From: Macrostomum lignano
Taxonomy: Eukaryota
NCBI GenBank assembly: GCA_002269645.1
Contig: NIVC01000618.1
Span: forward strand, 62,001-126,000
Length of the DNA: 64,000 nt
Direction: 5' to 3'
The notes under the pieces were generated by a model. It made no database searches, was not told the DNA's origin, and saw only the letters and a list, made by a program, of their open reading frames with translations. The first letter of the stretch is position 1. Each line of letters opens with the position of its first letter. Below are positions 1 to 13,000 of this stretch, piece by piece. The translations under genes and the position numbers were made by a program.

Positions 1-124
1 GCATGATTTCAAACCCGTGATTTCGTATAAAATTCGACTAGAGTTCGGGTGAAGGGGTTAGCGACAAGGTGGCAGCGCATTGAGGACTTTATTATGCTAG
101 AAGGACCTGGGCTCGACTCCAAAT

Positions 125-545
125 GTCAGGGGCACCAAATGAGGTGTCAGGTGAACCAAATCAAATGTCAGGTGAGCCAAATTAAATGTCAGGTGAACCA
201 AATGAGGTGTCAGGGGGAGCCAAATGAAGTGTCAGGGGAGCCAAATGAGGTGTCAGGGGAGCCAAATGAGGTGTCAGGGGAGCCAAATGAGGTGTCAGGG
301 GGAGCCAAATGAGGTGTCAGGGGAGCCAAATCAAATGTCAGGTGAGCCAAATCAAGTGTCAGATGAGCCAAATTAAATGTCAGGTGAACCAAATCAAATG
401 TCAGGGGAGCCAAATCAAATGTCAGGTGAGCCAAATGAGGTGTCAGGGGAGCCAAATGAGGTGTCAGGGGAGCCAAATGAGGTGTCAGGGGAGCCAAATG
501 AGGTGTCAGGGGGAGCCAAATGAGGTGTCAGGGGAGCCAAACCAG
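125..545. repeat. 21-bp minisatellite (aaatgaggtgtcaggggagcc); duplicate at ~9159-9579
   Basis: Direct tandem periodicity. Confidence 0.95.
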
Positions 546-587
546 ATGTGGGATTGCAGAGTGCTAAAATCCGAGCTCCCAACTCAC

Positions 588-1078
588 AGGCGTTCCGGTG
601 GCCAGTGTCGAACGGCAGCCAGTCGGTGAAGGCGCCAACAAAGCCGGCGGCAGTGCGAGCGGCCACGCGGACAAGAAACCGCCGCTTAGCAGGCAGGCCC
701 GGCGGCAGCTGGCATTCAAGGCCGGCCACGGTCAGCAGCCGCTGTTCATTGTTGTCGTCGTCATCTTCAACGGTTGCAGCCGGTCGATAAGCGACAATAT
801 AGTCGGCAATCTCGGAGTCGGCCGCAGACTGTGGCGGTTGCCAGGCAACGTGCACAACGCCGTCTCGAGACCAGGCGGTGAGGCCGGACGGCGGAGCGAT
901 ATTAGGTTGGCCGAGGCCGATTACTAGGCTGGCCGACGGGGAGAACCGGCCGTCCGGGCCAAGGATTCTAGCCGACAGGCGATTCGTCGAGCGGCCGATG
1001 GGCAGATCGGCCAATGTGGCCGAGCAGCTGGCCGAGGTGACGGCCGGGCCGCTGCTGGGTGGAGGCTGAAGTCGCAGT
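588..1078 (-). CDS. Duplicate FN3 exon (copy 1)
   Basis: Identical to 9622-10112, with splice sites intact. Confidence 0.88.
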
Positions 1079-4000
1079 CTAGAAGGGAGAAAGTGTAAGC
1101 GTTTGAACTGATGAAGACCGCGAACGTCTATCAGCTGATGATAAGCACAGATGCTTCAGTGGGTGACTACACCCCTACCGGATGCTTCAGTGGGTGACTC
1201 CACCCCTACCGGATGCTTCAGTGGGTGACTCCACCCCTACCGGATGCTTCAGTCAGTGTGTGACTCCACCCCTACCGGATGCTTCAGTGGGTGACTCCAC
1301 CCCTACCGGATGCTTCAGTGGGTGACTCCACCCCTACCGGATGCTTCAGTGGGTGACTCCACCCCTACCGGATGCTTCAGTGGGTGACCACCCCTACCGG
1401 ATGCTTCAGTGGGTGACTCCAACCCTACCGGATGCTTCAGTGGGTGACTCTACCCCTACCGGATGCTTTATTGGGTGAAATCAAAGGTTTCAATGCTTGT
1501 AAAAGTCAGGTTTAAGTTCAGCTTTTTGTTGTCCAACCAATGTCGGAATGAACAAAATAAAGACGTGGCTGGTGGCCGGCACACAGGCAGGAGGGCACAG
1601 ATAAATGGCAGTGTGGGAAATCTCCCTGAAGGGACCGCAGCCGCTACCCCCTCTCCTTGCCCTGTGCCACCGGAAACCGGCATTATTTCCTCATTTTCCA
1701 CTTTCCCGCCAGCGCGACCCGGCCGAGCCCACAGAAACTCGACGCCAATCTGGCTGGGAATTTTATCCCATCCCCAACCCCCACTTCACTCCCCGCTCAG
1801 CCAAGCGCTCAATAATTCTCTAGCCCCACTAGTCTCGGGCCTCCCAAATCACTTGAAGTCGATTTAGCTGCAACCATATCAGGCTGCAATGGCAGCAGAA
1901 ACACTGCTAGCTTTGGTTTATCGCAATCAATTTCTCCCTACCACCCCCTGTTTTCCCCAGATTCCTTCATCAACCATCTAATTTCCACTCAAGCAGCCAG
2001 CTCAATGCTCTCCAGTATGGGGGATTTCGAAAACGGAGACAGATACAAGGAGATGGGCGCACTGGGCCGCAACAACAGGACATTGCTGGACATGCGCTAG
2101 TGGGTATTTAATGAAAGGCGTGCGCCTTATCTAGCAGCAGCAGGGCATTAGTTTTGTAGGGGGGGGGGGGGAGGGGTCGAATGTAAAAATGCAAGCGGCT
2201 GCAAAATATGCGACCTTCGGGTCTCAAGTGGGATTTCCTGGCTTACTGAATTAGTAAGCATGTCAAGACTAGGGAAGATCCCTACATATGATTTAGACTG
2301 TAACTAATATCCGAGCTATTCCATTCTGGTAACATGGAGCGATTCTTCTAGCAGGTCAAGGGCGATTCTTCTAGCAGGTCAAGGGCGATTCTTCTAGCAG
2401 GTCAAGGGCGATTCTTCTAGCAGGTCAGGGGCGATTCTTCTAGCAGATCAAGGGCGATTCTTCTAGCAGATCCAGGGCGATTCTTCTAACAGGTCAAGGG
2501 CGATTTTTCTAGCAGGTCAAGGGCGATTCTTCTAGCAGGTCAGGGGCGATTCTTCTAGCAGATCAAGGGCGATTCTTCTAGCAGATCCAGGGCGATTCTT
2601 CTAGCAGATCAAGGGCGATTCTTCTAGCAAGTCAAGGGCGATTCTTCATTCTTCTAGCAGGTCAGGGGCGATTCTTCTAGCAGATCAAGGGCGATTCTTC
2701 TAGCAGATCAAGGGCGATTCTTCTAGCAGATCAAGGGCGATTCTTCTAGCAAGTCAAGGGCGATTCTTCAATCTTCTAGCAGATCAAGGGCGATTTTTCT
2801 AGCAGATCAAGGGCGATTTTTCTAGCAGATCAAGGGCGATTTTTCTAGCAGATCAAGGGCGATTCTTCTAGCAGATCAAGGGCGATTCTTCTAGCAGATC
2901 AAGGGCGATTCTTCTAGCAGATCAAGGGTGATTCTTCTAGCAGATCAAGGGCGATTCTTCTAGCAGATCAAGGGCGATTCTTCTAACAGGTCAAGGGCGA
3001 TTTTTCTAGCAGGTCAAGGGCGATTCTTCTAGCAGATCAAGGGCAATTCTTCTAGCAGATCAAGGGTGATTCTTCTAGCAGGTCAAGGGCGATTCTTCTA
3101 GCAGATCAAGGGCGATTTATCTAGCAGGTCAAGGGCGATTCTTCTAGCAGATCAAGGGTGATTTTTCTAGCAGGTCAAGGGCGATTCTTCTAGCAGATCA
3201 AGGGTGATTTTTCTAGCAGGTCAATGGCGATTTTGTCAGCCCCAGAAAGACAAAGGACACAAAGATATAATTATATATAGTTACTCACTCAATTCTCAAG
3301 CAGGTGGCCGGCTCCGGCCGGTCCCAGCCGACTCGGACAGTCCGGCCAGCAGTCTCGGACAAAATACGCAGGTTAATCAAGCGATGCGGCGCTGAGAAGA
3401 GGAGAAGAATTGACAAAGGGATCGGAGATCAGGCGTGTTTCATTGGGCTACAATATGAAAAAAATAAGTGAGAACAGGTAAGTGTAATTAATAACTCACC
3501 TGCATTCAGATGACCATCGGGTAAGCTTCGCCGCAAACGCTGGTTGCCATGCCGCCACCTGAGAATAGTGAGTATTCGTCCAGCATCACTAACTGTAACA
3601 CCACTGACTACTACTACAGCCTCGACAGTTAATACTGCGATAATTAGCCAGCAATAAGTCTTTGTAGAATCTGCATGCATAGCAAATCCTTGTTGAAACT
3701 ATGTAGTTTAATTGCCAATATTAATATAGATACAATGCTATGCTAGCAGCATGTTAATTCAAGAAATAAAGATAAAAATAACAGTGAATCTCCTATTGAG
3801 GATAAATAGTCAAGTTTTAGGAGGAAATCTTAGAGGCTTATAGAGGTTGAGAGAGAGAGAGAGCGGGTCGGAGGCTGCCCCTCTCTTAACGATTGCGTGT
3901 TGGTCCAATTCCAAAAACAGAAGCAACCAAACCCAGTAAGTCGAATCAGCCAATGACAGAAAGCCAAGGATTTGCGCGTACGCTTCTCTCCAACTCTCCA

Positions 4001-7000
4001 ACTGGCCCAGGGCGATGGGGGGTTGGAGGGAGGTGGCAAAGCATTGGCCGACTGGGCAGGGGAACAGATGCGTCACTTCATCAATGCAGTTGGCCAAGTT
4101 CAATACCTCAGACTTGTTAGTTTACTTAAGCTGGCCAATCCTCCCCGTGTATGGCCCCACCGGCCTCTAATGGGAGATAGATGGGAGCAGTATAAGCATT
4201 GGGATTCCGTGGGTTTGATTAGGGCGATTCTCTGTGCTGGATTAGGGCGATTCTCTGTGCTACATTAGGGCGATTCTCTGTGCTACATTAGGGCGATTCT
4301 CTGTGCTGGATTAGGGCGATTCTCTGTGCTGGATTAGGGCGATTCTCTGTGCTGGATTAGGGCGATTCTCTGTGCTACATTAGGGCGATTCTCTGTGCTA
4401 CATTAGGGCGATTCTCTGTGCTGGATTAGGGCGATTCTCTGTGCTGGATTAGGGCGATTCTCTGTGCTGGATTAGGGCGATTCTCTGTGCTACATTAGGG
4501 CGATTCTCTGTGCTGGATAAGGGCGATTCTCTGTGCTGGATTAGGGCGATTCTCTGTGCTGGATTAGGGCGATTCTCTGTGCTGGATTAGGGCGATTCTC
4601 TGTGCTGGATTAGGGCGATTCTCTGTGCTGGATTAGGGCGATTCTCTGTGCTGGATTAGGGCGATTCTCTGTGCTGGATTAGGGCGATTCTCTGTGCTAC
4701 ATTAGGGCGATTCTCTGTGCTGGATTAGGGCGATTCTCTGTGCTGGATTAGGGCGATTCTCTGTGCTGGATTAGGGCGATTCTCTGTGCTGGATTAGGGC
4801 GATTCTCTGTGCTGGATTAGGGCGATTCTCTGTGCTACATTAGGGCGATTCTCTGTGCTGGATTAGGGCGATTCTCTGTGCTGGATTAGGGCGATTCTCT
4901 GTGCTGGATTAGGGCGATTCTCTGTGCTACATTAGGGCGATTCTCTGTGCTGGATTAGGGCGATTCTCTGTGCTGGATTAGGGCGATTCTCTGTGCTGGA
5001 TTAGGGCGATTCTCTGTGCTACATTAGGGCGATTCTCTGTGCTGGATTAGGGCGATTCCTTGGGTGGATTAGGGCGATTCTCTGTGCTGGATTAGGGCGA
5101 TTCTCTGTGCTGGATTAGGGCGATTCTCTGTGCTGGATTAGGGCGATTCTCTGTGCTGGATTAGGGCGATTCTCTATGCTGGATTAGGGCAATTCTCTGT
5201 GCTGGATTAGGGCGATTCTCTGTGCTGGATTAGGGCGATTCTCTATGCTGGATTAGGGCTATTCTCTATGCTGGATTAGGGCGATTCTCTGGGTGGATTA
5301 GGGCGATTCTATGTGCTGGATTAGGGCAATTCTCTGTGCTGGATTAGGGGCGATTCTCCGGAGAGAGATCGCCCTCAGGAAGAAAAATCTCACGGCAAAA
5401 ACGATTACATGTAGGAGAGAGCGAGATTACAGAGCGTAATTGTGAGCAAAAATGTGATTAGATTAGTAATACTGTTCTTACCTGTCACCCATTGCTGTAG
5501 AGGTAGCTTGAGTTGCCGTCAAGCCAGTAGCCCAAGTCAGCAGACACGGCACTTTGTCAGCATTAGAATTGCTGCCATCTTCTGCAAGCAAATACGGTAC
5601 CAACAGAAAATACAGTAGGCTTGATTTCTGCAACATCTGCTACCACATCGCTTTTTTGCAATTCCAAAAATTCCAATTGTTGATTTTTTGACGCAGTTCT
5701 GTCAAAAAGAAAAGACCCAGGGGCCTGACAGAAAGTTCCTGATCGAGAGGAAAAGGAAGAGTAGAAAAGCGTTGCCAGGCATTGGAACTCGGGATTCTAG
5801 CCGAGTGTGAAAAACCACTGTATTCTTTTTCAACACGTGAAAAAAATATGAACTAGCTTCTGTTGCTGGCTAAACAACAGGAAATGTTGATGGCACTGGT
5901 AAAATTGAGAAAAAATCACGTACAGAACTTTCACAACACTGACAACAAAACAAAAAAACAGCCAGAGATCCTTGACAACACATTTAGACACTCTTGACAA
6001 TAGTCAGATATACTCTTGACAATAGTGAGATATACTCTTGACAATAGTGAGATATACTCTTGACAATAGTCAGATATACTCTTGACAATAGTGAGATATA
6101 CTCTTGACAATAGTCAGATATACTCTTGACAATAGTCAGATATACTCTTGACAATAGTCAGATATACTCTTGGCAATAGTCAGATATACTCTTGACAATA
6201 GTCAGATATACTCTTGACAATAGTCAGATATACTCTTGACAATAGTCAGATATACTCTTGACAATAATCAGATATACTCTTGACACAAAAGTCAGATATA
6301 CTCTTGACAATAGTCAGATATACTCTTGACACAATAGTCAGATATACTCTTGACACAATAGTCAGATATACTCTTGACAATAGTCAGATATACTCTTGGC
6401 AATAGTCAGATATACTCTTGACACAATAGTCAGATATACTCTTGACAATAGTCAGATATACTCTTGACAATAGTCAGATATACTCTTGACACAAAAGTCA
6501 GATATACTCTTGACAATAGTCAGATATACTCTTGGCAATAGTCAGATATACTCTTGACAATAGTCAGATATACTCTTGACAATAGTCAGATATACTCTTG
6601 GCAATAGTCAGATATACTCTTGACAATAGTCACATATACTCTTGACACAATAGTCAGATATACTCTTGACACAATAGTCAGATATACTCTTGACACAATA
6701 GTCAGATATACTCTTGACACAATAGTCAGATATACTCTTGACACAAAAGTCAGATATACTCTTGACACAAAAGTCAGATATACTCTTGGCAATAGTCAGA
6801 TATACTCTTGACACAATAGTCAGATATACTCTTGACAATAGTCAGATATACTCTTGACAATAGTCAGATATACTCTTGACACAATAGTCAGATATACTCT
6901 TGACAATAGTCAGATATACTCTTGACAATAGTCAGATATACTCTTGACACAATAGTCAGATATACTCTTGGCAATAGTCAGATATACTCTTGACAATAGT

Positions 7001-10000
7001 CAGATATACTCTTGACACAATAGTCAGATATACTCTTGACACAAAAGTCAGATATACTCTTGGCAATAGTCAGATATACTCTTGACAATAGTCAGATATA
7101 CTCTTGACACAAAAGTCAGATATACTCTTGGCAATAGTCAGATATACTCTTGACAATAGTCAGATATACTCTTGACACAAAAGTCAGATATACTCTTGGC
7201 AATAGTCAGATATACTCTTGACAATAGTCAGATATACTCTTGACAATAGTCAGATATACTCTTGGCAATAGTGAGATATACTCTTGACACAATAGTCAGA
7301 TATACTCTTGGCAATAGTCAGATATACTCTTGGCAATAGTCAGATATACTCTTGACAATAGTCAGATATACTCTTGACAATAGTCAGATATACTCTTGGC
7401 AATAGTCAGATATACTCTTGGCAATAGTCAGATATACTCTTGACAATAGTCAGATATACTCTTGACAATAGTCAGATATACTCTTGATCACACAAGCAAT
7501 TTCGCTACAACCCATTAAACCTACAGAAAATATATATGAAATGTTGCACCATGCCTTTACACTATGACAGACAGAACAGCAAACACACAGGCCGTAGTCG
7601 TTTAGATATTAGTAAAACAATTTTTTTACAATTGCAGAGGGTACAGCGCAGACACAGGCGCCCGACTGTCTGGTGGTGCGACACTCAGTCCAACAAAAAT
7701 AAATAGAAGAATTCAGGCTACACACAGCTTTGCCATCTATGAAGAAATTCCTGCCCGGATGTCGGCGAAGCAGACTTTCTATAGATATGTATGGCTGTTC
7801 AGCAAACAGTTTTCTTGTCCGTTGCAATGGCAATATAATATCTACTAGAAGAAATTAAAAGAATGAATCAGACTTTTGCCAATGGGCAAAGCCACTCTTA
7901 TAAGAATCATGCTACACAGGTACAGTTTTAGTAAGTGTATACTAGCATTATCCTTTTAACAAACGAATAGATGCATAGCTGGTTCATAGTGAGTGGGTAT
8001 TTCTGAGGTCACTCAATACCCACTTACTGAGTGGGTATTTCTTATCTCACCCCTGCAAGAGTGACCTCAGAACCTCGAAATCTCACCCCTGCAAGAGTGA
8101 CCTCAGAACCTCGAAATCTCACCCCTGCAAGAGTGACCTCAGAACCTCGAAATCTCACCCCTGCAAGAGTGACCTCAGAACCTCGAAATCTCACCCCTGC
8201 AAGAGTGACCTCAGAATCTCGAAATCTCACCCCTGCAAGAGTGACCTCAGAACCTCGAAATCTCACCCCTGCAAGAGTGACCTCAGAATCTCGAAATCTC
8301 ACCCCTGCAAGAGTGACCTCAGAATCTCGAAATCTCACCCCTGCAAGAGTGACCTCAGAATCTCGAAATCTCACCCCTGCAAGAGTGACCTCGGAACCTC
8401 GAAATCTCACCCCTGCAAGAGTGACCTCAGAACCCTGAAATTTCATCCGAAACCCCGAAATCTTACCCCCTAACCCTGAAATCTCATCCGAAACCCCGAA
8501 ATCTTACCCCCTTACCCTGAAATCTCATCCGAAACCCCGAAATCTCACCGAAGTCTCACCCCTAACCACGAAGTCTCACCCCTAACCCCGCAGTCACACC
8601 CCTGACCCTGAAATCTCACCCCTAATAACGAAATCTCACACTTATTCCGCAGTCTCACCCCTGACCCTGAAATCTCACCCCTAATAACGAAATCTCACAC
8701 TTATCCCGCAGTCTCACCCCTGACCCTGAAATCTCACCCCTAATAACGAAATCTCCACTTATCCCGCAGTCTCACCCCTGACCCTGAAATCTCACCCCTA
8801 ATAACGAAATCTCACACTTATCCCGCAGTCTCACCCCCGACCCTGAAATCTCACCCCTAATAACGAAATCTCACACTTATCCCGCAGTCTCACCCCTGAC
8901 CCTGAAATCTCACCCCTGGAAGGGTGTTAGCCCCACCCAGGCAATAAACAGAGGCAGCAAATGTTTTTATTGTTATTATCATAGCATCCTGTCTAGCGGG
9001 GACACGGCAATTCTAAACTGCTGCAATGCGTTCAGCATGATTTCAAACCCGTGATTTCGTATAAAATTCGACTAGAGTTCGGGTGAAGGGGTTAGCGACA
9101 AGGTGGCAGCGCATTGAGGACTTTATTATGCTAGAAGGACCTGGGCTCGACTCCAAATGTCAGGGGCACCAAATGAGGTGTCAGGTGAACCAAATCAAAT
9201 GTCAGGTGAGCCAAATTAAATGTCAGGTGAACCAAATGAGGTGTCAGGGGGAGCCAAATGAAGTGTCAGGGGAGCCAAATGAGGTGTCAGGGGAGCCAAA
9301 TGAGGTGTCAGGGGAGCCAAATGAGGTGTCAGGGGGAGCCAAATGAGGTGTCAGGGGAGCCAAATCAAATGTCAGGTGAGCCAAATCAAGTGTCAGATGA
9401 GCCAAATTAAATGTCAGGTGAACCAAATCAAATGTCAGGGGAGCCAAATCAAATGTCAGGTGAGCCAAATGAGGTGTCAGGGGAGCCAAATGAGGTGTCA
9501 GGGGAGCCAAATGAGGTGTCAGGGGAGCCAAATGAGGTGTCAGGGGGAGCCAAATGAGGTGTCAGGGGAGCCAAACCAGATGTGGGATTGCAGAGTGCTA
9601 AAATCCGAGCTCCCAACTCACAGGCGTTCCGGTGGCCAGTGTCGAACGGCAGCCAGTCGGTGAAGGCGCCAACAAAGCCGGCGGCAGTGCGAGCGGCCAC
9701 GCGGACAAGAAACCGCCGCTTAGCAGGCAGGCCCGGCGGCAGCTGGCATTCAAGGCCGGCCACGGTCAGCAGCCGCTGTTCATTGTTGTCGTCGTCATCT
9801 TCAACGGTTGCAGCCGGTCGATAAGCGACAATATAGTCGGCAATCTCGGAGTCGGCCGCAGACTGTGGCGGTTGCCAGGCAACGTGCACAACGCCGTCTC
9901 GAGACCAGGCGGTGAGGCCGGACGGCGGAGCGATATTAGGTTGGCCGAGGCCGATTACTAGGCTGGCCGACGGGGAGAACCGGCCGTCCGGGCCAAGGAT

Positions 10001-13000
10001 TCTAGCCGACAGGCGATTCGTCGAGCGGCCGATGGGCAGATCGGCCAATGTGGCCGAGCAGCTGGCCGAGGTGACGGCCGGGCCGCTGCTGGGTGGAGGC
10101 TGAAGTCGCAGTCTAGAAGGGAGAAAGTGTAAGCGTTTGAACTGATGAAGACCGCGAACGTCTATCAGCTGATGATAAGCACAGATGCTTCAGTGGGTGA
10201 CTACACCCCTACCGGATGCTTCAGTGGGTGACTCCACCCCTACCGGATGCTTCAGTGGGTGACTCCACCCCTACCGGATGCTTCAGTCAGTGTGTGACTC
10301 CACCCCTACCGGATGCTTCAGTGGGTGACTCCACCCCTACCGGATGCTTCAGTGGGTGACTCCACCCCTACCGGATGCTTCAGTGGGTGACTCCACCCCT
10401 ACCGGATGCTTCAGTGGGTGACCACCCCTACCGGATGCTTCAGTGGGTGACTCCAACCCTACCGGATGCTTCAGTGGGTGACTCTACCCCTACCGGATGC
10501 TTTATTGGGTGAAATCAAAGGTTTCAATGCTTGTAAAAGTCAGGTTTAAGTTCAGCTTTTTGTTGTCCAACCAATGTCGGAATGAACAAAATAAAGACGT
10601 GGCTGGTGGCCGGCACACAGGCAGGAGGGCACAGATAAATGGCAGTGTGGGAAATCTCCCTGAAGGGACCGCAGCCGCTACCCCCTCTCCTTGCCCTGTG
10701 CCACCGGAAACCGGCATTATTTCCTCATTTTCCACTTTCCCGCCAGCGCGACCCGGCCGAGCCCACAGAAACTCGACGCCAATCTGGCTGGGAATTTTAT
10801 CCCATCCCCAACCCCCACTTCACTCCCCGCTCAGCCAAGCGCTCAATAATTCTCTAGCCCCACTAGTCTCGGGCCTCCCAAATCACTTGAAGTCGATTTA
10901 GCTGCAACCATATCAGGCTGCAATGGCAGCAGAAACACTGCTAGCTTTGGTTTATCGCAATCAATTTCTCCCTACCACCCCCTGTTTTCCCCAGATTCCT
11001 TCATCAACCATCTAATTTCCACTCAAGCAGCCAGCTCAATGCTCTCCAGTATGGGGGATTTCGAAAACGGAGACAGATACAAGGAGATGGGCGCACTGGG
11101 CCGCAACAACAGGACATTGCTGGACATGCGCTAGTGGGTATTTAATGAAAGGCGTGCGCCTTATCTAGCAGCAGCAGGGCATTAGTTTTGTAGGGGGGGG
11201 GGGGGGAGGGGTCGAATGTAAAAATGCAAGCGGCTGCAAAATATGCGACCTTCGGGTCTCAAGTGGGATTTCCTGGCTTACTGAATTAGTAAGCATGTCA
11301 AGACTAGGGAAGATCCCTACATATGATTTAGACTGTAACTAATATCCGAGCTATTCCATTCTGGTAACATGGAGCGATTCTTCTAGCAGGTCAAGGGCGA
11401 TTCTTCTAGCAGGTCAAGGGCGATTCTTCTAGCAGGTCAAGGGCGATTCTTCTAGCAGGTCAGGGGCGATTCTTCTAGCAGATCAAGGGCGATTCTTCTA
11501 GCAGATCCAGGGCGATTCTTCTAACAGGTCAAGGGCGATTTTTCTAGCAGGTCAAGGGCGATTCTTCTAGCAGGTCAGGGGCGATTCTTCTAGCAGATCA
11601 AGGGCGATTCTTCTAGCAGATCCAGGGCGATTCTTCTAGCAGATCAAGGGCGATTCTTCTAGCAAGTCAAGGGCGATTCTTCATTCTTCTAGCAGGTCAG
11701 GGGCGATTCTTCTAGCAGATCAAGGGCGATTCTTCTAGCAGATCAAGGGCGATTCTTCTAGCAGATCAAGGGCGATTCTTCTAGCAAGTCAAGGGCGATT
11801 CTTCAATCTTCTAGCAGATCAAGGGCGATTTTTCTAGCAGATCAAGGGCGATTTTTCTAGCAGATCAAGGGCGATTTTTCTAGCAGATCAAGGGCGATTC
11901 TTCTAGCAGATCAAGGGCGATTCTTCTAGCAGATCAAGGGCGATTCTTCTAGCAGATCAAGGGTGATTCTTCTAGCAGATCAAGGGCGATTCTTCTAGCA
12001 GATCAAGGGCGATTCTTCTAACAGGTCAAGGGCGATTTTTCTAGCAGGTCAAGGGCGATTCTTCTAGCAGATCAAGGGCAATTCTTCTAGCAGATCAAGG
12101 GTGATTCTTCTAGCAGGTCAAGGGCGATTCTTCTAGCAGATCAAGGGCGATTTATCTAGCAGGTCAAGGGCGATTCTTCTAGCAGATCAAGGGTGATTTT
12201 TCTAGCAGGTCAAGGGCGATTCTTCTAGCAGATCAAGGGTGATTTTTCTAGCAGGTCAATGGCGATTTTGTCAGCCCCAGAAAGACAAAGGACACAAAGA
12301 TATAATTATATATAGTTACTCACTCAATTCTCAAGCAGGTGGCCGGCTCCGGCCGGTCCCAGCCGACTCGGACAGTCCGGCCAGCAGTCTCGGACAAAAT
12401 ACGCAGGTTAATCAAGCGATGCGGCGCTGAGAAGAGGAGAAGAATTGACAAAGGGATCGGAGATCAGGCGTGTTTCATTGGGCTACAATATGAAAAAAAT
12501 AAGTGAGAACAGGTAAGTGTAATTAATAACTCACCTGCATTCAGATGACCATCGGGTAAGCTTCGCCGCAAACGCTGGTTGCCATGCCGCCACCTGAGAA
12601 TAGTGAGTATTCGTCCAGCATCACTAACTGTAACACCACTGACTACTACTACAGCCTCGACAGTTAATACTGCGATAATTAGCCAGCAATAAGTCTTTGT
12701 AGAATCTGCATGCATAGCAAATCCTTGTTGAAACTATGTAGTTTAATTGCCAATATTAATATAGATACAATGCTATGCTAGCAGCATGTTAATTCAAGAA
12801 ATAAAGATAAAAATAACAGTGAATCTCCTATTGAGGATAAATAGTCAAGTTTTAGGAGGAAATCTTAGAGGCTTATAGAGGTTGAGAGAGAGAGAGAGCG
12901 GGTCGGAGGCTGCCCCTCTCTTAACGATTGCGTGTTGGTCCAATTCCAAAAACAGAAGCAACCAAACCCAGTAAGTCGAATCAGCCAATGACAGAAAGCC

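Noticed and set aside
49-629. Repetitive ORFs here and at 6586-6838, 8031-8446, 17066-17553, 18677-19269, 60586-60973 and 63067-63597
   Set aside because: They are translations of intronic minisatellites, often open in several frames and on both strands, with no coding signature.
12535-12705. Hydrophobic WLIIAVLTVEAVVVVSGV stretch as a transmembrane helix
   Set aside because: It precedes the FN3 domains in frame, contains a Glu, and runs into a VTVSDAG Ig-like motif. It is more likely beta strands, though this is not excluded.
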